Assembly: GCA_973895155.1 (NCBI GenBank)
Contig: OZ316892.1
Span: 30,262,932-30,326,931, forward strand
Length of the DNA: 64,000 nucleotides
Source: Marsupella aquatica
Lineage: Eukaryota > Plantae > Marchantiophyta
Direction of reading: 5' to 3'
Positions 26,168-34,651 of the stretch are shown in pieces (the first letter of the stretch is position 1; every line of letters begins with the position of its first letter). The notes below the pieces were generated by a model that made no database searches, was not told where the DNA came from, and saw only the letters and a list, made by a program, of their open reading frames with translations. Both the position numbers and the translations under genes were made by a program.

Positions 26168-28089
26168 ATACCAAGGGATCGACATACAAGCCGATTACGA
26201 GGGCAGAACAAATTGAGGCCCTATTAGAAGCCGAGAGAGCACAGCGGCCTGACTCTCAGGAGCAAGAGGTGGATGAGATGGACAGACACAATCCAGAGCC
26301 AAGGCAGGAAGGGGAGCCGACCACCAATTCAAAACTGGATAGACCGGCAAGGGGACAATCTATGGACACCAAGGAAGGGACCGACTCGGCTAGTCCAGCC
26401 GAGATTCCAGTTTATGGAGGTATGAGATTGGAGAGACTGGAAGCCGAACTGGACCCGAATTTGAAGAAGCAGATTAATATGATCCAAGCACGGCAATATC
26501 GGAAGCTCGACTTAGGAGAGGGAAGAGAACTGAACTTAGGGAGAAACCTAGCACCTGAGCTCGAGAAAGAGATCAGTGACTTATTGATTGAATTTCAGGA
26601 TGTGTTTGCATGGAGTCACCAAGATCTAAAGGGAGTAGATCCAACACTAGGGGAACATCGAATTGATCTCATGTTAGGAGCCAAATCATTTCGACAACCA
26701 ATTCGAAGGATGAACCCGAAGTATTCCCTGCTGGTCAAAATGGAAATCGACAAACTAGTGGAAGCTGGATTCATCACTCCAGTCCTGCATTCAGACTGGG
26801 TGTCTCCAATTGTGATAGTTCCCAAGAAAGCTGGACCCGATGGTAAACCCAAGATCCGGGTTTGTCAGGATTACAGGAAGCTGAATGAAGCAACATTAAA
26901 AGACCATTTTCCTTTACCGTTTACTGATATGGTACTAGACATGGTAGCCAGTCATGAACTATATTCATTCATGGATGGGTACTCTGGTTATAACCAAATC
27001 AGGATTCGGCAGGAAGACCAAATCAAGACGGCCTTCATCACGGAATGGGGGATCTATGTCTTCAATCGTATACCGTTTGGACTCTGCAACGCACCAGCTA
27101 TGTTTCAACGATTAATGGTGAACATTTTTCATGATTACTTGAGAAAGTTCATGGAAATCTTCATTGATGACTTTGCAGTATTCGGGAAGGCATCGAAACA
27201 TGCTAAATACCTCAGGAAAACCTTCATGAGATGTAGAGAGGTGGGTCTCAAGTTACACCCAGATAAATGTTTCTTTGCAGTAACCGAGGGGGTGCTACTA
27301 GGTCACAAGGTATCAAGGAAGGGCATTGAGATTGACAAAGGTAAGCTAGCAGTATGGCTAGATATCATGCAACCTAAGAACATAAAGGATGTAAGATCCT
27401 TCTTGGGATGCATTGGTTACTATCGCCGGTTCATCAAGGATTTTGCCAAGCTAGCTTTACCATTAACCAACATGCTCAAGGCAGGAGCAGACTTCGAACC
27501 CACACCCGAACGAGTCACAACGGTGGTAGAATTGAAGCAGATGTTAGTAGAGGCCCCAATCATGATAGCACCGGACTGGAACAAAGATTTTCATGTTTTT
27601 GTAGATGTCTCGGGCTTCTGTATCGGCTCAGTACTAAGTCAGTTGGATGAGAAAGGAAGGGACCATCCCATATACTTCGCAAGCCGTCAGCTTGCCGATG
27701 CCGAACGGAACTACTCCACCACAGAGAGAGAAGCATTAGGAGTCATTTATTCTTGTAAAAAGTTTAGACATTATTTACTAGGGTACAAGGTAATCTTTCA
27801 TACCGATCATGAAAGTTTGAAGTACCTAGTCAATAAGTCGGACCTTACAGGCAGAGTAGCAAGATGGATTTTGCTATTACAGGAGTTTGACTATGAGCTG
27901 AGGATCAAGCCGGGAAAGTTACACGCCAATGCCGACTTCTTTTCAAGGATCACAGGTGAACCTGCCACGGATTGCATCGATGATCGATTCCCCGACGAGG
28001 AGCTATTCGTTGTGGAAATAGCTGATACATGGTACCCTGAGATTTTACAATTTCTCAGCACTTCCAGATTACAGCCAGGATTAAGCTGA
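26074..28089 (+). pseudogene. pol: Family B RT-RNase H, truncated before integrase
   Basis: RVCQDYRKLN, IFIDDF, FVDVSGFCIG, TEREAL, FHTDH motifs; ends at a rearrangement junction. Confidence 0.95.
26098..26144 (+). promoter_or_regulatory. Putative programmed -1 ribosomal frameshift signal
   Basis: G GGT TTT heptamer phased in the gag frame, 5-nt spacer, stem GGCGTTGTG(26110-26118)/CACAACGCC(26136-26144). Pol is in the -1 frame. Confidence 0.8.
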
Positions 28090-28695
28090 ATGGCTTCTTC
28101 TGGAACACCTGCACCAACCCGCACATAGGAGAGATGATCGACTTCTTGCGGGTGACCATGCATTGTAACTTGCCGAGGGCAGAGATCGGCAAGGCACAGG
28201 TCTATCTGGCAGAGAGGCCAGACCCAAGCCGGGACTACAACGGGTACCTCCTCAACCAATTGAAGAAGATCTTAAAGGAGGAGCAGCAGGTAATCGGCAT
28301 GGGGAGCGTGTCGCGGCTTGGCTATCACATGCCGCTGTTGTGCCGGTATGCCAGAGGTCAGACTTTTGCCCCAGTACTTCCCCTACAGGTAAGGGCACCC
28401 GAGGAAGCTCCAACGCCGAGGCCGTTGGCTGAGAAGCCTCAACCACCTGTTAGCCCTACGATCGAGCAGGTGTTTAGGCCCAGGAAGGAGGACTTGCCGA
28501 TGCAGCAACCAGGCATGCAGAGTCTGCTGAAACTACTGGAGAAAGAAAAGAGATCGGCATCGGCAACAACAACGGCAACGGCAACAATGCAGGACACTAC
28601 GACAGAGGTAGGCCTACACCGGCTCACAAGAGAAAACCCCTTTGCTGGAGACAAGGAGAGAATCAGGCCGGAATCCAAGCCAGGTGTTCGAATGT
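28089..28695 (+). repeat. Duplicate of part of the family B accessory gene (~19698-20304)
   Basis: Near-identical sequence (MIDFLRVTMHCNLPRAEIGKAQ...KPGVRM). Confidence 0.95.
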
Positions 28696-29048
28696 GCCTC
28701 CAGTTCCCCCATGTCGGTTGGAGACTCACTTCTCCTTGCCGACTCTTCTTCTGGTATGTCTTCTTCGATGCCACTTTCCGTTACGGAGCTACTAGCTCTT
28801 TCTGCCCCTCTCAGTCGCTGTGTATCATGCCACCCGACGAGCTGCTGTAGACGAGCTCTCTCGTTGAATCGCTCTTTCTTCCCTTGGTGTAGGTTAAGTC
28901 ATTACCTACACTTTCTTCCTATCTTCATATCTCATGGCTTAAGAAATGCCCCCTCCATCTAGCGCCAAAAATGTGGCGCGTCCCATGGCTCCCCAAACCC
29001 AAGAAACCCCCCTGCGCAGGCCGATTCCCGCAGGTTTCATCCTCGGCG
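28694..29048 (-). repeat. Inverted copy of the family B LTR end, PBS and gag start (~23030-23383), from a diverged copy
   Basis: Contains CCCCTCCATCTAGCGCCAAAAATGTGG, the reverse complement of the LTR-end/PBS. Confidence 0.92.
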
Positions 29049-29053
29049 GATGA

Positions 29054-29738
29054 AACCAGATCCGACGTGCTGATGATAGAAGAAGATCAAGGAGCCCCAG
29101 CATTGCCATTAATGATTCAAGGAGAAATATTACTGCGGGTACCTATTGATGGAGGATCTGGGGTATGTATTATGATTGATTCAACAGCAAAAGGATGGGA
29201 TCTAACACCGGAGATGACTGGAAGAGTGTTAAACATGGCCAATGGGTATCAGGTCATTCCCACGGGAGTGTTAACCGGCATCAAGACTGAGATAGGAGGA
29301 ATCTTCTTTAGCATTAACTATGTAGTAATGAAGCCAGTAAACCCTACGTCGTTCCGACTATTAATTGGCAGGCCATGGCTCTACCTAGCCAAGGTAATAG
29401 AAGATTGGGGTAAGAAGGAGTTCACTTTTGGGACCCCCTCTATCACAATATCCTGGGACACTAAGGATGACTGTAGGAAAAGCATCAGGGAAGTAGATGG
29501 GTACGAAAGTGGACTGGAGTCAGCCGATGAAGTACATTGGCTAGAATGTCTCACTGACCTAACCGAAGAAAGTGTGTTTGGACCGGAAGTGCTCCCCAGC
29601 GGACTATGGCACAAACCTATGGAGAGTAACCTGGAGGAAGGTGAAGAAGAGACCAAGGATTGCTTTGCCATAGAGTCAACATTTTTAGCTTCAATTCCGG
29701 AGGAGACACAGGAGGCGGATCGGCTACATGAAATGGCT
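29054..29738 (+). mobile_element. Diverged family B protease-region fragment; continues at 43287-43975 after element E
   Basis: Aligns to ~25386-26070 and resumes after the TGGCT TSD with the PR/RT linker and RT start (~26066-26747). Confidence 0.92.
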
Positions 29739-31128
29739 TGTCGTATAGTGCTAAGTATCAAAAGTGACTCTCCTCACCTAAAACCAGGGTTTTGATCCCT
29801 TTAAGAACAGATTTCAGAATGAATTGTATAACTTTTATCACTCCGAGTGATTTAGAGTCTTGAGCTCTATGTTGACTTCACTTCTCAATAAAAAAATCGA
29901 ATAAACAAACAACAAAGTAACTGAACTTCTGATTTATGAATTAGAGAAGAAATGAGTAAGGATTTAGAGACTACAAGCTGCTACTGCCACTCCTTCAGAA
30001 AGGATTTGGGCTTAGTATAGACATGAAATCTATCTCATAATTCATCCATCTCACTCTTCAAAACACAAAGGTTAATGATAATGGAATTCTCAATCTGATG
30101 AAGCAGAAGCTTTCTGATTGCAAATGAATGATATGATTTAAAATGCCGTCAACATGGTTTGACATCAGCGATACGCAATTCAGTCAAACTCTAAACCATA
30201 TTCCAGAATCAAAGCAACAGTACTAACTACTCTGAGAATCAGAATTTACTTCTCATTTATCATTAACTATTCTTGAATTGGCTAGCGAATCCCGACTCTG
30301 CAAGCAAGCCTAGCAGTGAATTCAATACGAGTTTCAGAAATCTGCAACTGAATTCAATCACCACAGGAATCTCTTGAATTCAATCTTAACTTCAATCAAT
30401 ATAGCTTTACTTCCATACAAAACACTCACAGCATGCCTTGTTACAATGGAAGGAGGAGAAAACTATTCAGAAGACTCAATTCTGAATACAGTATTAACTC
30501 TATTTCTCTCTACTTCAAATGAGCATTCTACTCTGTCTTATAAGTGCTGGAATCCTAAAATGGAGGAGGTAAGAACAGTCGTGCCTTTCCAAGCTTAAAA
30601 CTAAACAAGGGAGAAGCACAGCATAAGTACTTCAACAAGGGTGGTAGAATACTACTTTACTAGTAATCTACTTCAAAAACTAAGTGTTGAGCGGACGCTG
30701 CTAGAAGCGTCGGGAGAATCTGGACGCTGCTAGAAGCGTCTTAAGTAAAACCAACGGACGCTGCTCACACTGCTCACAGCGTCAATACTAGGGTGGACGC
30801 TGCTCACAGCGTCGTGTGTTGAAGCTGACGCTTTCCACAGCGTCGGTCGAAATCCTCATAGAGTCTTGGTGGCGGTCGGGCACTGCCAAAAGCGTCATGA
30901 GGAGGTTGGACGCTTCCGCAGCGTCTTGAGTAAAAGAAACGGGCGCAGGTCACAGCGTCGGGCAAAGTACACTAGGAATCGTCAGGAAAGCCGGAGATGT
31001 CAAATATTTCTATAAGTGTCCAGAACAAGTAAATGTTGGCCGGAAGGTGTCTAAAGTGTAAGTAAATCTTGTGATATGCTAAAAATAAACAAGTTTCCAG
31101 AAAAAATTGCAGGGACACCCATACCACA
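29739..31128 (-). repeat. 3' LTR of element E
   Basis: Direct repeat of 41897-43286; termini TGTGGTAT...ATACGACA on the minus strand. Confidence 0.97.
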
Positions 31129-31130
31129 TA

Positions 31131-31146
31131 GCCCTCCACTTAAATT
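31131..31146 (-). promoter_or_regulatory. PPT adjacent to the 3' LTR (PPT2)
   Basis: AATTTAAGTGGAGGGC on the minus strand, 2 nt before the LTR TG. Confidence 0.8.
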
Positions 31147-31205
31147 TCGCCGTGTCCCCACAAGACATGACCGAATTGAATCAGAAGCGAGTGACATGTT
31201 CTTCA

Positions 31206-31682
31206 TTAATAATATTCTGGCTTAATAATCCAAGTAGTGCTCAAAATCATTGACGGGAGTTGGGAGATATCCGAATCCAGAATATAAAAATCGAGGTCAT
31301 GGAATTCTTCTCCGATCTGTATTGGGACTCCTTTAACTCTTCCCCAAAGATTAATGATTCGTCCATCGATTGATATCTGAGCAGATATCGGTTGTACTTC
31401 TTGATGAACAAATTGCTGGCACAGTCTGTGGGAGAGGAAATTAATTCGAGAGCCTGGATCAATAACAAAGTGTTGAATAGCATGTCCTCCCAGTTTGATC
31501 TTGCCTTCAAAGGAATGTTGGAAAGCACGGGGTAAAGAATTCCAACAATCCATAGTAGCTTTGATGTCCCACATGAGCAGATAAATATCAATTCGAAGGA
31601 GAAAGAAGGAAACAATTGCAGGATGCTGCAAAAGTAACGGCTTATATACATATAAATGACAACACCGTTTGATATCTCTCAT
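31206..31682 (-). CDS. Second retropepsin-like aspartic protease domain
   Basis: FVIDPGSRINFLS...IDGRIINLWGRVKGVPIQIG...LDFYIL...MILSTTWI follows the retropepsin pattern (D-x-G-S, flap, ILG..W equivalent). Confidence 0.7.
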   Translation of the reverse strand: MRDIKRCCHLYVYKPLLLQHPAIVSFFLLRIDIYLLMWDIKATMDCWNSLPRAFQHSFEGKIKLGGHAIQHFVIDPGSRINFLSHRLCQQFVHQEVQPISAQISIDGRIINLWGRVKGVPIQIGEEFHDLDFYILDSDISQLPSMILSTTWIIKPEYY

Positions 31683-31694
31683 AAATGGTGTCCT

Positions 31695-34268
31695 TCAAAT
31701 CTGTGTCCTAGATAAAACACCTTGAATAATCACATCCGGATAAGAAGGAATAATAGGTAGGAACGCTAAACACCTAAGCGACTTGAACCCTTGGGAAGCC
31801 GGTAGCATACATTGTTTTGTAATCAACTGCTCCCTTAGCTTAACAAGCTTCTTCTCATATTTAATTGGAATAGCAAACCCACCAGGACAAACCCAAACAT
31901 AGTATGGATAGGGCCATGGAATTTCCGGCACAAGGGGCGGAAATGGAGCTTGAGCTCGTCGAAGCATATACACCCAACACCAAATTTCGAACTCCGAAAA
32001 CTTATGTCGTCTGTCCTTATCAATGGGAGGAACCGCCTTCCCAGGTTCATATGTGCGAATCAAACTACGAATCCTCGGATGGGATGTCATTGGCAAAATC
32101 TGCTGCTGCTGCAAAATGCTCTCCATCTCCAGATGTCGAAAAGCTACTCGAAAATGTTTCTTCTCCCACCTGTGAATTGAAGCCAAATTAGGGATAGGAT
32201 TTCGGGGTGGCAAATCCACTGTATGCCGAAGTCGAGGAGGTACTCTGATAATGCGAGGGTCTTCGTCTTCTTCTCCATCACTTGGTGCTCCTATCCAACG
32301 GAAAATTACATCTGGCATAGCGGAAGGAATCACTGACTCCTTAACTGGTCGAATTGGCAATGTAACAGGAGACGAAGGAGCAGAAGGTTCGGGCTCCAGT
32401 GGTTCAAATTCTTCTCTTGCAACAGTAGCTGGTTGATCTGCAATGGGATGCATTGGTACTAAAACAGGAAGTTCTTCTTTAAAATTATCGCTAGGTAAAG
32501 AGACTTCCTGGTTAGTTCGATCTGTCAAAAGTACAGGAAGGGGTAGCTCGTCTGTTCCGATAGGTGCTTCTCCCTGTTCAAAATCCTGGGAAGATGCTTC
32601 AGGAAAGATCTGTCGACTGATAGCATGGCGCAACCGTTTCCAAGATTTTCGAGTATACGTCACTGAAAACTCCTCCCGAATGTTTTTATCCTCGTTTGTA
32701 GCCAATGAAACTGGTGCTGAGCTGGTTGTCGAAGCGGGTGTCTCGGGTACCAATATGGGTACAGATATACCCATATTACCAGATACCTGATTGCGACTCG
32801 GAAAACCAGCAGAGCCTCCTTCAATCAACTCATCTTCAGGAGAAACCCATTTTACAGGCGGAAATGAAGGAGCTCCTATCGCGGCTATTGCCTCATCTAA
32901 TTCCTTAGTTATATCCAAAGGAATCGATATGAGTGAACCAGGTGTAGACCAGGCAGGGTATCTTGCGACAGATTGGGGAGAAGTCACTGGTTCACCTACT
33001 TCGTCTATATCCACAATTGCATCCTCCGAATCAACTTTAACCAGCTTCACAATTTCTGAGCTTAATATTTCTGACTCCTGGACCAGAGGGATTTCACCTA
33101 TATTTGGGCTAGAACTAAGAGAGTCGGACGAATCATACTCCTGTAAAGCCTGCAAAGCATCACTATTTGCCTCTATGGGAACCAAAACAGGGGTAGAAGT
33201 AAATCCATCATACTCGTCCTCAGCAGTAGAATGTTGAAGAGGTTCCCCTGAAAAACCTTCTTCATCCACCCTCACCTCATCTTCAACATTCATCCGAGAA
33301 GCAGAATTATCCTGATCAACATCATAAATAGGCTCGGCAGCACAAGGTGAACACGAGAGTCGAGGTGACATAGAATGCTCCAACCCTGTTGGCATTGCTG
33401 AAGGAACATCTTCGGCAACTTGAGCCTCTCTTGGTTGGTGAAGAATCGGATCGTCACTCCCTTCAGCTGATGCTCTTGTCTCTTTCAATTTCCGAACTTC
33501 ACCCACCAGTTCAGGTTCCTCACAGTCGAGTATTGCACATAGCTCTACCACTGTGGAATTGGCTCGGACTTCTCGTACTTCAGGCATATAATTTGCTTCA
33601 CCGGTAGATGCTCTCTGATTGTTGCGATAAAAATCTTTTTCCAAGACAAGCAGACAGTCATACTTATGGTAAATGTGAGCTAAATAAGGGGCCAAGTAGG
33701 TACACCTTATTTTCCCCGTTTTCAGCCTGCTACGAAAATTTTTGACCTGAGTATGAATTACTCGGTGCAAAACCTTCGTCCAATTGATAGACTGCGTCTG
33801 TTCTAATGAACAGATCACCGTTGCAGCGAACGAAAGAGTGATGCGCGTCTGGCTTTCTGGGTAGAAAATTGGTGCCAGAAATCGAAATAGACGCTGCAGA
33901 GAATTATCTAAGCAGTCCGCCGCTAGCCATCCATTCCGCCTCTTGAAAGATCCTGGAGCGAAGAAGGATTCTACATAAACCCGAGGCTCACAATCAACCC
34001 TCTGTAAATCCTCGCCCTCCATCGGCGTCGAATAGACCTTCGCTATGAGCGCTTCAGTCCAAACACTGGGACGCGAGCGCACACCAATCCTTTCTTCAGC
34101 GTCCCAGACACCTTGATCGATAAGGCTGAATTCGCAAATCTTCCAAGGAAGTTGAAGCAGCTTCTTCAAGCCCATTTTTGCCAGAGCCGTCTTCAACTGC
34201 CGCCTATGCACTGCATTCGATGGAATGTCTGCGAGTATTGGTCGCGTCGTCAGCTCAGTCTCCGCCAT
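31695..34268 (-). CDS. Element E accessory protein (857 aa) at the 'env-like' position
   Basis: Intact ORF after pol. Its N-terminal domain (GLKKLLQLPW...WTEALIAKVY...NGW...FLAPIFYP...INW...YLAHIY) aligns by eye to the family D protein. No obvious signal peptide or TM segment. Confidence 0.85.
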   Translation of the reverse strand: MAETELTTRPILADIPSNAVHRRQLKTALAKMGLKKLLQLPWKICEFSLIDQGVWDAEERIGVRSRPSVWTEALIAKVYSTPMEGEDLQRVDCEPRVYVESFFAPGSFKRRNGWLAADCLDNSLQRLFRFLAPIFYPESQTRITLSFAATVICSLEQTQSINWTKVLHRVIHTQVKNFRSRLKTGKIRCTYLAPYLAHIYHKYDCLLVLEKDFYRNNQRASTGEANYMPEVREVRANSTVVELCAILDCEEPELVGEVRKLKETRASAEGSDDPILHQPREAQVAEDVPSAMPTGLEHSMSPRLSCSPCAAEPIYDVDQDNSASRMNVEDEVRVDEEGFSGEPLQHSTAEDEYDGFTSTPVLVPIEANSDALQALQEYDSSDSLSSSPNIGEIPLVQESEILSSEIVKLVKVDSEDAIVDIDEVGEPVTSPQSVARYPAWSTPGSLISIPLDITKELDEAIAAIGAPSFPPVKWVSPEDELIEGGSAGFPSRNQVSGNMGISVPILVPETPASTTSSAPVSLATNEDKNIREEFSVTYTRKSWKRLRHAISRQIFPEASSQDFEQGEAPIGTDELPLPVLLTDRTNQEVSLPSDNFKEELPVLVPMHPIADQPATVAREEFEPLEPEPSAPSSPVTLPIRPVKESVIPSAMPDVIFRWIGAPSDGEEDEDPRIIRVPPRLRHTVDLPPRNPIPNLASIHRWEKKHFRVAFRHLEMESILQQQQILPMTSHPRIRSLIRTYEPGKAVPPIDKDRRHKFSEFEIWCWVYMLRRAQAPFPPLVPEIPWPYPYYVWVCPGGFAIPIKYEKKLVKLREQLITKQCMLPASQGFKSLRCLAFLPIIPSYPDVIIQGVLSRTQI

Positions 34269-34613
34269 CGCGTGACTTGTTAGCTCCGTAAGCTCAGTGA
34301 GAATCGTGTTCCATAGTGAACTAGGGCGAAGCGCGACTGCTTACTCCTCAGCGTCCCGTTGAGCTGTCGCAATCCGCCATTGTACAAGATGCCTAGTCAT
34401 CGGCTCACAGCGTCTCATGCAACTGAACTAATACAAAAGCGGACCTCTGCACAACGTCCTTTGTAAACTAAGTGGACGCTTCCCCAGCGTCGAGTTACAA
34501 TGGACGCTTTTCACAGCGTCCAATGTAAAAACTGAAAGTAACTAAAAAAAATTAAAAAAATATGCCGAATACTTACTAGGGAGGGTCACTAATTCTAACT
34601 AAGTATAACTACC

Positions 34614-34629
34614 GCCCTCCACTTAAATT
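34614..34629 (-). promoter_or_regulatory. Internal duplicate PPT (PPT1) just after the pol stop
   Basis: Identical 16-mer AATTTAAGTGGAGGGC to 31131-31146. Confidence 0.75.
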
Positions 34630-34651
34630 GCAACCTGTCCCAGGTGGAATT

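Noticed and set aside
31695-34268. Calling the accessory ORF a true envelope gene
   Set aside because: No evident signal peptide or transmembrane anchor; mostly acidic and Pro-rich.
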